Source of the DNA: Gemmatimonadales bacterium
GTDB lineage: Bacteria > Gemmatimonadota > Gemmatimonadetes > Gemmatimonadales > GWC2-71-9
Reading direction: 5' to 3'
Assembly (NCBI GenBank): GCA_037189525.1
Contig: JBBCJC010000003.1
Span: forward strand, 352,001-416,000
DNA length: 64,000 bases
The position numbers and the translations under genes were made by a program. Each line of letters opens with the position of its first letter. The first letter of the stretch is position 1. The notes under the pieces were generated by a model. That model saw nothing but the letters and a program-made list of their open reading frames with translations. It was not told the DNA's origin and ran no database searches. Below are positions 1 to 8,874 of this stretch, one piece after another.

Positions 1-62
1 CCGGCCAGAATGCCCGTGATGGCCAGTAATCGCGTCCAGCGCCGTTCGTTCTCGAATACCAC
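1..62 (-). CDS. Partial CDS (N-terminus only), probable exported or membrane protein
   Basis: Minus strand has a GGGAGG RBS then GTG at 62, reading MVFENERRWTRLLAITGILA off the window edge; signal-peptide-like. Confidence 0.55.
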   Translation of the reverse strand, partial: MVFENERRWTRLLAITGILA

Positions 63-142
63 GTCGTCTATCCTCCCGACCGATTTTGAAACATCGTTCC
101 GGCTAGGAGGATGACGACGGAGGGCCCTTCGGTCAACACCGA

Positions 143-1927
143 TTATCGGGCGATCGGCAGTTCGAGCAGGCTCCAGCGCTCCGGCTCATGGTGGAGTTGG
201 ATGTCTGCGACTTTCGCGTCCTGGCGGGTTTCGCGGGAGACATTCCCGCCGCCGTTGTAGTTCCGCTGAAAGTGGATCGAGTTGGGCGACTGGACCAGGA
301 GTCGGACCCGGCTCCCGGCGGCCAGCCGGCGACTGGTAAAGCGGAAGTTGTCGATCACGATCCGGGCGGGCGTACCCGGCGTCAGCAGACGCTCGCGATC
401 GAGCCCCTCGCGGAACCGGGTGCGGAGCTGGCCCTCGGTGAGCAGGATCGATTTCCCATCCCGGGTAATTTCGTAGAGTACTGCATGGAGATCCGTGTCG
501 CGCACCGAAGCCGTCAGCCAGAGCGTCAGCTTCGCAAAGCCGGAAATTTCGGTTTCGTTCTCGAATACCGGGGTGTGGTAGATCGCACCGCGGCCACCCA
601 GTTCGGTGGCATACCGCGGGTCGCTCAGATTCGGCGTGGCACGCTCGTCTCGGCCTGGAGCGGTGTCGAGCGGATCATAGCGCCATCGGTCGGCAGCCGT
701 GGGCTGCGGTTGCTGCCGGCTCAGGGAACCGGATCGGGCAATCGATCCCGCCGCGTTGCCGGACGAGGTGAGGTAGAAGGTCGTCGGATTGGCGCCGATG
801 GCCTCGAGACTATCGGCGTGCTTCCATTGTTCGGCCCCGGTGACATAGTACGCGACTCGTTTGGGCAGCTTGGCCGGGCGGGGGCCGCCTTTGATGACCC
901 AGTCGTACCAGTCGGCTTCGAGGTCGCCCATGCTGAAGACGGATGCGCTGTCGAAGGTCAAACCGCCGAAGCTGGTTTGCGGCGTGCGGGTGCCACCATG
1001 ATCCCACGGGCCGATCATCAGGACATGCTTGGCCTTGGCCGCGGCTGAGCCGTACCGCATGTGTCGACGGTAGTGCTCGAGCGCTCCGATCTGATCGGCA
1101 TCGTAGATACCGGTGCGCGTGAAGATCGGAAGGTCGAGCCGCGCCAACTGCTCGGGCGATGGAGACATGGCCGCCCAATACCCGTCGAGGGTCTGGTGAT
1201 CGATCCAACGCTGAAATGTCGCGGAGGGATTACCGGCCACCGAATCGAGCGCGGCGAACGGGACATGATCGAGGTAGAGCGCGCGGAACCGTGATTGCCA
1301 GAATGTCTGATCGCCGAACAGGTTGGGATGGCTTACCTGGGCCGATACGAAGGTCATCCACTGCAGCCAGTACGGACGGCTCATCCCGCCCAGGTGCGGT
1401 ACGTCGACGCCGAGATAGGCCGAAGCCGTGGGGGCGATCGCGACGAGGTTGGGAGGAAACTCCTTGGCAATCGACCATTGATTGGAGCCGCCGTACGATC
1501 CGCCCATCATGCCGATGTTCCCGTCGGACCAGGGCTGCTTCGCCAGCCACGCAATCGCGTCGTAGCCGTCCTTCGCATCGGCCGCAAAGGGTTCGAAGAC
1601 TCCGCCCGATCCGCCCCGTCCCCGGGTGTCGACCACCGCCATGACGTAGCCTCGGCGCGCCGCCGGCAGCACGTAGCGGTGGTAGCCGTCGGTCATGTAG
1701 GGCGTCATGGCAAAGATGACCGGTCGAGACGTTCGCGGACCGGCGGGAAAGTAGATGGTGGCGTTGAGCAGAATCCCGTCTCGCATTGGAATCCGGGCCC
1801 CGAACATGATCTCGAGGCCCTCGGCCGACGTATTCTGCGCAGCGAGCGATGGGGCGCCGCCTCCGCTGCCGGCGACGATGAACGCAATCAGCAGGGAAGT
1901 GAACCGAGCGGTCATCGATCGCAGCAT
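143..1927 (-). CDS. CocE/NonD family hydrolase (peptidase S15 / X-Pro dipeptidyl-peptidase-like), exported
   Basis: IPMRDGILL, TPY, DTRGRGGSGG, nucleophile GGSYGG, IGPWDHG, YDP C-terminal domain; signal peptide; start trimmed to ATG 1927 after GGAGAG. Confidence 0.9.
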   Translation of the reverse strand: MLRSMTARFTSLLIAFIVAGSGGGAPSLAAQNTSAEGLEIMFGARIPMRDGILLNATIYFPAGPRTSRPVIFAMTPYMTDGYHRYVLPAARRGYVMAVVDTRGRGGSGGVFEPFAADAKDGYDAIAWLAKQPWSDGNIGMMGGSYGGSNQWSIAKEFPPNLVAIAPTASAYLGVDVPHLGGMSRPYWLQWMTFVSAQVSHPNLFGDQTFWQSRFRALYLDHVPFAALDSVAGNPSATFQRWIDHQTLDGYWAAMSPSPEQLARLDLPIFTRTGIYDADQIGALEHYRRHMRYGSAAAKAKHVLMIGPWDHGGTRTPQTSFGGLTFDSASVFSMGDLEADWYDWVIKGGPRPAKLPKRVAYYVTGAEQWKHADSLEAIGANPTTFYLTSSGNAAGSIARSGSLSRQQPQPTAADRWRYDPLDTAPGRDERATPNLSDPRYATELGGRGAIYHTPVFENETEISGFAKLTLWLTASVRDTDLHAVLYEITRDGKSILLTEGQLRTRFREGLDRERLLTPGTPARIVIDNFRFTSRRLAAGSRVRLLVQSPNSIHFQRNYNGGGNVSRETRQDAKVADIQLHHEPERWSLLELPIAR

Positions 1928-1943
1928 TCCTGCTCTCCGAGGT

Positions 1944-2786
1944 CTAGACGGTGTGGCTGTGCTCCGGGCCGGGATATTCGCCGGCGCGGACTTCCGCGGC
2001 GTAGCGGCCGACGGCGTCGCGGACGGTGGCCCCGAGTTGGGCATAGTGTTTGAGAAATTTAGGCTTGAAGCCCTCGTTGAGGCCAAGCATGTCGTGGAGA
2101 ACGAGGACCTGACCGTCGCATCCGACACCTGCACCGATCCCGATCGTGGGGATCGACACACCCGCGGTGACGCGTTCGGCCACGCTACCGGGCATCAGTT
2201 CCAGCACCATGGAAAAGGCTCCGGCAGACTCGAGCGCGCGGGCGTCTTCCACGAGTTGCTCCGCTGCGCCGGCTTGCTTGCCCTGGATTCGGTGCCCGCC
2301 CAGCTGATGCACCGATTGCGGTGTGAACCCCAGGTGCCCCATCACCGGAATGCCGGCGGCCACCAGCCGAGCCACGGTCGGCGCGAACTCGACGCCGCCC
2401 TCGAGCTTGACCGCCGCCGCCCCGGTTTCCTTGAGGATCCGACCCGCATTGGCCACCGCGCGCGCAGGCGAGACCTGGTAGCTGAGGAAGGGCAGGTCGA
2501 CCACCAGGAGCGCGCGCTCCAATCCGCGCCGGACGATGCGGCCGTGATAGATCATCTGTTCCATCGTCGCGGCGAGAGTCGTTTCCTCACCGGTGAGCAG
2601 CGGAGCAACCGAATCGCCGACCAGGACCACGTCGACGCCGGATTGATCCACCAGCGTCGCGAACAGCGTATCATAGGCCGTGATCATCACGATCCGCTGC
2701 CCGGCCCGCTTCATGGCTGCCAGCTCGAGCGTGGTGACGCGCTTCCGGGGGCCGGTGGTCGGTGTGTCCTGCAGATAGGCGCACAT
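1944..2786 (-). CDS. panB: 3-methyl-2-oxobutanoate hydroxymethyltransferase
   Basis: MITAYD, LVGDS, VKLEGG, GHLGFTPQS, IGIGAG, DGQVLVLHDMLG. Confidence 0.97.
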   Translation of the reverse strand: MCAYLQDTPTTGPRKRVTTLELAAMKRAGQRIVMITAYDTLFATLVDQSGVDVVLVGDSVAPLLTGEETTLAATMEQMIYHGRIVRRGLERALLVVDLPFLSYQVSPARAVANAGRILKETGAAAVKLEGGVEFAPTVARLVAAGIPVMGHLGFTPQSVHQLGGHRIQGKQAGAAEQLVEDARALESAGAFSMVLELMPGSVAERVTAGVSIPTIGIGAGVGCDGQVLVLHDMLGLNEGFKPKFLKHYAQLGATVRDAVGRYAAEVRAGEYPGPEHSHTV

Positions 2787-2792
2787 GACGGC

Positions 2793-3035
2793 TTACTCCG
2801 ATGGAGGGAACAGGACGTCGCCGGTGTCGGCGTTTTCGACCCGAATGGCGCCGGTCGGGCAATAGGATGCGGCTTGCACGATGATCGTTACGGGTGCGCC
2901 GGCCGGGTCGATCACGGTCGACTGGACGTTCTCGTCGTGGCGAAAGACATCGGGCGCCAGGCCGACGCACTGGCCGTTGCCGACACAGAGATCGTGATCG
3001 ATCAGGATGCGAAGCTTGGGCGCGGCATCCGTCAT
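2793..3035 (-). CDS. Ferredoxin, P450-associated [3Fe-4S] type
   Basis: CVGNGQC...CPTGAI; ATG 3035 overlaps the P450 stop (ATGA). Confidence 0.9.
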   Translation of the reverse strand: MTDAAPKLRILIDHDLCVGNGQCVGLAPDVFRHDENVQSTVIDPAGAPVTIIVQAASYCPTGAIRVENADTGDVLFPPSE

Positions 3036-4261
3036 CGATCCCACTCCACCGGCAACGCCTTGAGCGAGCGGAACTGGATGCTCGGCTGATACTCGAGCGT
3101 ACCCGGCCGGAGCCGGAGCGACGGCAGCCGCTCGGCCAGCGCGCGAAAGACTTCCTGGCCTTCCACCCGCGCGAGCGTCGCGCCGAGACAGTAATGCATT
3201 CCCGAGCCGAAGGAGACGTGCGGGTTGGGCTGGCGGGTAATGTCGAACCGGTCGGGCTGGTCGAACGCTTCGGGGTCGCGGTTGGCCGCGGCAATGAACC
3301 AGCGGAGCCGATCGCCGGCTTTGATGACCTGCGACCGGAGCGGCACATCGGCGGTGGCGATCCGCTGGGTGGACTTGACCGGCGGATCGTAGCGGAGGCA
3401 TTCCTCGGTCGCGACCCGGACCCGACCGGCCGGATCGGCACAGAGCGCGGCCCACTGGTCCGGATGGCGGAGCAGTGCCAGGGTGCCGTTGCAGATCAGA
3501 TTCATGGTGGTTTCGTGACCGGCAAAGAGCAGCAGCGCCGTGTTGACCAGGACCTGGTGTCGCGTGAAGATCCCGCGTCCTTCAGCCTCGGCTAACACGG
3601 AGATGAAGTCCTCACCGGGATTCGCCCGGCGCTGATCGACCCGGGGCGCGACGTAATCGATCATGCCGCGGATCCCCTCCATCAGCGGCTTCATCCGATA
3701 CGACTCGCCCCGGTTGATGTAGAGCAGCTTGTCGGCCAGATCGCGCAGGGTGTCCTGGTCTTCGGGCGGCACGCCCATCATCCGGGTGATGACGCGGACC
3801 GGGAGCGGGGCTGCGAGTGAGGACAGGACGTCCATCTCCCCGTGATCGATGACCTGATCGAGCAGGTCATGCACGGCGGCGCGGACGAACGGCCGCCACT
3901 TTTCCATCGCGGTCGGGGTAAAGTAGGCGTGGACCGCGCCGCGCATCGCGGTATGCTCGGGACGGTCCTGCTCGACCAGCTGATCGGCGCGGAAGTCGCG
4001 CACATGCGCGGCAAGCGGGGTGTCCTCCGGGTCGATCGGCGGATAGGGTGGCCGCTGATCGCTCCGGATCACGGCGGACGAGAAGAGTTCGTTGTGGCGG
4101 ACCAGCCAGACCAGATCGTCGTACCGGGTAATGACCCAGAGCTGGTAGCGCTCGTTCCAGTGGACCGGCGCGCTTTCGCGCAGATGGCCGAGCAGCGGAT
4201 AGGGGTTCGCAATCACATCGGGCGCAAAGAGATCGTCCAGATCGTAGTCCAGCGTCGTCAT
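3032..4261 (-). CDS. Cytochrome P450
   Basis: I-helix LFAGHETT, EECLR (ExxR), heme motif FGSGMHYCLG. Confidence 0.97.
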   Translation of the reverse strand: MTTLDYDLDDLFAPDVIANPYPLLGHLRESAPVHWNERYQLWVITRYDDLVWLVRHNELFSSAVIRSDQRPPYPPIDPEDTPLAAHVRDFRADQLVEQDRPEHTAMRGAVHAYFTPTAMEKWRPFVRAAVHDLLDQVIDHGEMDVLSSLAAPLPVRVITRMMGVPPEDQDTLRDLADKLLYINRGESYRMKPLMEGIRGMIDYVAPRVDQRRANPGEDFISVLAEAEGRGIFTRHQVLVNTALLLFAGHETTMNLICNGTLALLRHPDQWAALCADPAGRVRVATEECLRYDPPVKSTQRIATADVPLRSQVIKAGDRLRWFIAAANRDPEAFDQPDRFDITRQPNPHVSFGSGMHYCLGATLARVEGQEVFRALAERLPSLRLRPGTLEYQPSIQFRSLKALPVEWDR

Positions 4262-4914
4262 GATTCCGTCTCCGGTGGCGCGGTGCGATCGGGCCTCGGC
4301 CGGCGAGCCGCTTGCTCGGCACGAGGGGCCAGCACGACGGTCAGGGTGCAGAGCTTGCCGCGGCGGGGGTGGCGAGCCTGGGTGAGCAGGTCGATCAGTT
4401 CGTCCATGGTCCGGTTGACCCGGCGGAGGTCCGCCGGCGACAGCCAGGCGTACCGGCGGCTGGCCCAGAGATTTCGCAGGGCGCCTTGACGCTCGGTGTC
4501 CTCGCTCGTGACGGCGGCGCGGAAATCCCGCTCGGCCGTCCGCAGCATACTGCGCACCAGGCGCGTGAGCGGATGGGTCAGCGGATCCCGATGGGTCGGG
4601 TATCGGAGGACCAGCGGGCGTCCCGCCAGCTCATAGACCGTCTCGTCCCGCCGGCCGCGGCGGCGCACCTCGAGGGGCACCAGCAGTCCCACCGCCACCA
4701 ACCGGCGGATATGATAGTAGAGCGCGTCGGCCGGACGACCCATTAGTTCCGCGATTTCGAGCGCGGAGCAGGGACCCGTGGCCTGAATCGTGTCCACCAC
4801 TTCCTGGCGGACCGGCGATTCGAGGGCAGCGATCTGATCCCGGCGCTCGATGATGTACGGGCGGGGCCGGGGACGTGGCGCCGGTCGGGCGGCGCGCCTG
4901 GGGGAGCTTGACAC
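4258..4914 (-). CDS. ArsR-like winged-helix transcriptional regulator
   Basis: ALESPVRQEVV...SALEIAELMGRPADALYYHIRRL; start uncertain (GTG 4914 chosen); stop overlaps P450 ATG. Confidence 0.8.
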   Translation of the reverse strand: MSSSPRRAARPAPRPRPRPYIIERRDQIAALESPVRQEVVDTIQATGPCSALEIAELMGRPADALYYHIRRLVAVGLLVPLEVRRRGRRDETVYELAGRPLVLRYPTHRDPLTHPLTRLVRSMLRTAERDFRAAVTSEDTERQGALRNLWASRRYAWLSPADLRRVNRTMDELIDLLTQARHPRRGKLCTLTVVLAPRAEQAARRPRPDRTAPPETES

Positions 4915-5011
4915 TGTTGAAATATCGCACGAATCTTCAGCACCGCAAGAGCCGGAGGCCAACGCCTCGTCTGCCGCCCGGATGCGGGACCTACTTCCAC
5001 GTGGAGATCGT

Positions 5012-6064
5012 ATGCGTGATTGGATCGAGCTGATGCGGAACTGGTCGGGGGACGAGGTCGTCGTCCGATACGATCGCGCCGCCGATGCCTGGATGTTCAT
5101 TGCGGTGCATGCGGCCATCGGGACCCGCTCGGTCGGCGGCCTGCGGATGAAGGTCTATCCGGACCCGGTCGAAGGCTGGTGGGACGCGGTCCGCCTGGCC
5201 GAGGGGATGACGAACAAATGGGCGGCCATCGACGTGAACTATGGCGGCGGCAAGGGCGTCATTGCGCTCTCCCGGCCGGTCGAAGGCGAAGAGCGTACGG
5301 CCTTACTCCGGCGCTTCGGCCGGATGATCGCGTCGCTCAACGGTCGCTATGGAACGGGCCCCGATATCGGGACCACACCCGCCGATATGGCGCTCCTCGC
5401 CACCGAGACGCGCTACGTCCACTGCTATGACTGGACCCGGAACGAACCCTACGATCCCGGGATCTACACGGCGCTCGGTGTATTCGTCGGGCTCAAGGCG
5501 GGCTGGCGCTTCGTGACGGGGTCCGACGATCTCCGCGGCGTGCGGGTCCTGGTCCAGGGCGTGGGCGATACCGGCGCTCCGTTGGCCCGCTCGCTCAAGC
5601 AGGCGGGCGCCACCGTACTGCTCAACGACATCGACGGCAGGAAAGTAGCGGCGCTTGCTGCGGAGCTCGACGCCGAGATCGTGCCGGTCGAACGGACCTA
5701 TGCGGCCGACATGGATATCTATGCGCCGTGTTCCGTGGGGGCCACGCTCGACGAAACCACCATTCCCGGCCTCCGCTGCCGGCTGATTGCCGGCGCCGCC
5801 AACAATCAGCTGCGTGCGGCGGAAGACGGCGAACGGCTGCTGGCTCGCGGCATCACCTATCTGCCGGACTACGTCATCAACGGCGGCGGCGCGGTATCGC
5901 TCGCGATGGTCGATGAGGGGGCGGACTTCCCGGCCATCGAAACCGAAATCGGGAAGATGGATGCGCGGATCACCGGCATCCTCGAGGAGGCGCGGCAGCG
6001 GAACGAATCGCCGGTGCATGCGGCGGACCGCATGGTGGCCAGGCGGCTCGCGTCGGTGCGGTAG
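5012..6064 (+). CDS. Glu/Leu/Phe/Val amino-acid dehydrogenase (leucine dehydrogenase-like)
   Basis: GGLRM, GMTNK, GGGKGVI, GPDIGT, VQGVGDTG, AGAANNQL, PDYVINGGG; GGAG RBS before ATG 5012. Confidence 0.92.
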   Translation: MRDWIELMRNWSGDEVVVRYDRAADAWMFIAVHAAIGTRSVGGLRMKVYPDPVEGWWDAVRLAEGMTNKWAAIDVNYGGGKGVIALSRPVEGEERTALLRRFGRMIASLNGRYGTGPDIGTTPADMALLATETRYVHCYDWTRNEPYDPGIYTALGVFVGLKAGWRFVTGSDDLRGVRVLVQGVGDTGAPLARSLKQAGATVLLNDIDGRKVAALAAELDAEIVPVERTYAADMDIYAPCSVGATLDETTIPGLRCRLIAGAANNQLRAAEDGERLLARGITYLPDYVINGGGAVSLAMVDEGADFPAIETEIGKMDARITGILEEARQRNESPVHAADRMVARRLASVR

Positions 6065-6202
6065 TCGCCGTCGTCCTGCCATCAGATGCGCCGCCACTCG
6101 CACCGGATTGTCCTCCGCTCCCGGCCGAGCACCCGGGCAATGGCTGCAGGCCAGTGCCCGGGTTTCGGAGGACCGAAGCCATCCCTGGTACCTCCAAACG
6201 AT

Positions 6203-6883
6203 TCAACCTCGCGGGGCCTGGCGCGTACCGGGCCAGACCCGCATGGCTTGGTCGGCGACGGCGAGTAGTGTGGCACGCGAAGCGCCATCCTGGGCCATCA
6301 GGGCCATCCCGTGATTGACGCTGAGATAAAAAGCCGCCAAGGCGGCCGCGTCGGTTTCCCGAGGCAGTTCTCCCGAACGAATGCCCGCCCGCAGCTTGCC
6401 CCCCAGTGACTTCTCCACCTTACTCCGGAGCGCCACCATGGCATCGCGGATTTCGTCGGCCCCCTCCGGCAGGTTGATGGCCCCGTTCACCAGCAGGCAC
6501 CCCCGCGGGCGACCGGGCTGGGTAAATCCGCGGGCGGCGCCATGCAGCAGTTCGTACACCGCGTCGCGTGCGGTTGGCGCGCGCTGAATGATGCCGGCTC
6601 CCCCACCGCCATAGACCTCCAGATAGCGCTCAACCGCCGATAAGAAGAGCTGCTTTTTGTCTCCGAACGCGGCATACAGGCTCGGCGGGGCAACCCCGAT
6701 GGCCGAGGTCAGGTCGTTCAGCGAGGTGGCCTCGTAGCCGTGACGCCAGAAGATGAGCATCGCTTTCTCCAGCGCGGCCGCCCGATCGAACGACCAGGGG
6801 CGGCCCCGGCGCCGACCGGTGGACTTGACCGGCGGGTCGACCGCCGCGCTTGGTCCCTTCCGGGTCGCTTTTCCTTCACGCAT
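6203..6883 (-). CDS. TetR/AcrR family transcriptional regulator
   Basis: GRPWSFD...FWRHGYEATSLNDL...PPSLYAAFGDKKQLF, PRGCLLV. Confidence 0.93.
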   Translation of the reverse strand: MREGKATRKGPSAAVDPPVKSTGRRRGRPWSFDRAAALEKAMLIFWRHGYEATSLNDLTSAIGVAPPSLYAAFGDKKQLFLSAVERYLEVYGGGGAGIIQRAPTARDAVYELLHGAARGFTQPGRPRGCLLVNGAINLPEGADEIRDAMVALRSKVEKSLGGKLRAGIRSGELPRETDAAALAAFYLSVNHGMALMAQDGASRATLLAVADQAMRVWPGTRQAPRG

Positions 6884-6998
6884 TCCGACTCCTTTGGTCG
6901 AATGGGCCGATGTCGCGCGGACGAAGCGGCTCTGCCTATAATCTTCGAATAGAATATCGATCGCTACGGCATTCTTGACAACGTCTCTCCTTGCGTGT

Positions 6999-7028
6999 TT
7001 GATTGTTTATCGTTTACTAAATTATCAA
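6999..7028. promoter_or_regulatory. Imperfect AT-rich inverted repeat, candidate TetR operator
   Basis: TTGATTGTTTA-N8-TAAATTATCAA (9/11 match) between divergent TetR and SDR genes; TTGACA at 6975-6980. Confidence 0.5.
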
Positions 7029-7043
7029 TGTGAGGAGGAACCG

Positions 7044-7793
7044 GTGGGAAAGCTTCAGGGCAAGGTGGCGCTCGTGACCGGTGGGAGCAGCGGGATCGGC
7101 CTGGCGACCGCCCGGCGCTTCGTGGAAGAGGGGGCGCACGTCTTTATCACGGGACGCCGTCGCGAGGAACTGGATCGGGCGGAAACGCTGATCGGTCGGA
7201 ATGTGACCGGGGTGCAAGGGGATGTTGCCGACCTCGACGACCTGGATCGCCTCTATGCGACGATCGGTGCGGCGAAAGGCGGGCTCGACATCATCGTCGC
7301 GAATGCCGCCTTCGTGGAGTTGGTCACCCTCGAGCAGGCGACAGCTGAGCACTTCGATCGTACCTTCAACGTGAATGCCCGCGGCACGTTCTTCACGGTC
7401 CAGAAAGCGCTCCCGCTGTTACGTCCGAATGCGGCCATCGTACTGGTCGGCTCGGCGGGCCATCTGAAGGGCATTGCTCCGTACACCACCTACAGCGCCT
7501 CGAAGGCGGCGGTGCGCTCCTTTGCGAGAAGCTGGGCGGATGAACTCAAAGGCCGCGGGATCCGGGTGAACAGCATCAGTCCGGGCCCGGTGAACACCCC
7601 GATCTTTGAGGCGCAGAGTCGCAGCGCGACGGAAGCGGAGGCGATGAAAGCACAATTCGCGCAGATGGTTCCGATGGGCAGGATCGGGCGAGCCGAGGAG
7701 ATTGCCGACGCCGTGCTCTTCCTGGCCTCCGACGCCAGCAGCTTCAGTACAGGGGTAGACCTGGTCGCCGACGGGGGATTCACGCAATTGTGA
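7044..7793 (+). CDS. SDR family oxidoreductase
   Basis: TGGSSGIG, YSASK, RVNSISPG; GAGGAGG RBS before GTG 7044. Confidence 0.95.
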   Translation: MGKLQGKVALVTGGSSGIGLATARRFVEEGAHVFITGRRREELDRAETLIGRNVTGVQGDVADLDDLDRLYATIGAAKGGLDIIVANAAFVELVTLEQATAEHFDRTFNVNARGTFFTVQKALPLLRPNAAIVLVGSAGHLKGIAPYTTYSASKAAVRSFARSWADELKGRGIRVNSISPGPVNTPIFEAQSRSATEAEAMKAQFAQMVPMGRIGRAEEIADAVLFLASDASSFSTGVDLVADGGFTQL

Positions 7794-7842
7794 CGACTGT
7801 GGTGGCCAATCAGATTCGGGAGCAGGCTTCGTCGCCGCGGCG

Positions 7843-8871
7843 TCAGGCGGTTGTGGCAACCCGGCGGCCAAGCGCCTCGGCCACGGCGCGGACTTCTTCG
7901 ACCAGCAGATTGAACTGTTCGGGATAGAGGCTCTGCGCTCCGTCCGACAGCGCTTCGTCCGGACGGACGTGGACTTCGATGAGCAGGCCATCGGCGCCCG
8001 CGGCCACGGCGGCGCGAGCCATGGGGCGCACCAGGTTGCGCCGTCCGGTCCCATGGCTCGGATCGGCCATGACCGGCAGGTGAGAGAGCTGCTTGAGCGC
8101 CGGAATCACGTTCAGGTCGAACACGTTGCGGGTGGTCGCGTCCGCGCCGCGGATGCCGCGTTCGCAGAGGATCACATTGGCGTTGCCCTCGGACATGACG
8201 TACTCGGCCGAGAGCAGCCAGTCTGTCACGGAGGCGGTGGGGCCTCGCTTGAGCAGCACCGGTTTTCCGGCCCGGCCTGCGCGCTTGAGCAGGCTGAAGT
8301 TCTGCATGTTCCGGGCGCCGATCTGGACTACATCGGCCACCTCGGCTACCGCATCGAGGCCGGCATCGTCCATCGCCTCCGTCACGATGAACAGTCCGGT
8401 TTCCTGCCGGGCCAAGTCGAGCAGGCGCAAACCCTCGGCACCGAGACCCTGAAAGGCATAAGGGGAACTGCGCGGCTTGTAGGCGCCCGCGCGAAGGCCG
8501 ACGGCGCCCGCGTTGCGGACGGCGCGGGCCGTGGCGAGGATCTGGTCTTCGGTCTCGACGGAGCAGGGGCCCGCAATGATCGGCAGTTCGTCGCCGCCGA
8601 TGCTGAGGCCGCCGGGCAGCCGGACGACGGTCGGGTCGCTCCGCCAGCTGCGCGCCACCATCCGGTAGGGTTTGCTGAGCGGGACGATCTGCTCGACGCC
8701 CTGGAGGGTGGCAATCCGCGCGCTGTCGATTCGTCCGTCATGGTCGTGCACGGCAAGCGCGCGATTGCCGAGTCCCGAGACGGGAGTGGGCTCGAGGCCC
8801 GCCTCCCGTATCCGTGCAACGACCCGGGCTTCGTCGGCAGGCGCCGCGTCCGCCCTGAACAGAATCAGCAT
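7843..8871 (-). CDS. aroF: 3-deoxy-7-phosphoheptulonate synthase (DAHP synthase I-beta)
   Basis: [42 protein letters not shown]. Confidence 0.95.
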   Translation of the reverse strand: MLILFRADAAPADEARVVARIREAGLEPTPVSGLGNRALAVHDHDGRIDSARIATLQGVEQIVPLSKPYRMVARSWRSDPTVVRLPGGLSIGGDELPIIAGPCSVETEDQILATARAVRNAGAVGLRAGAYKPRSSPYAFQGLGAEGLRLLDLARQETGLFIVTEAMDDAGLDAVAEVADVVQIGARNMQNFSLLKRAGRAGKPVLLKRGPTASVTDWLLSAEYVMSEGNANVILCERGIRGADATTRNVFDLNVIPALKQLSHLPVMADPSHGTGRRNLVRPMARAAVAAGADGLLIEVHVRPDEALSDGAQSLYPEQFNLLVEEVRAVAEALGRRVATTA

Positions 8872-8874
8872 CGA

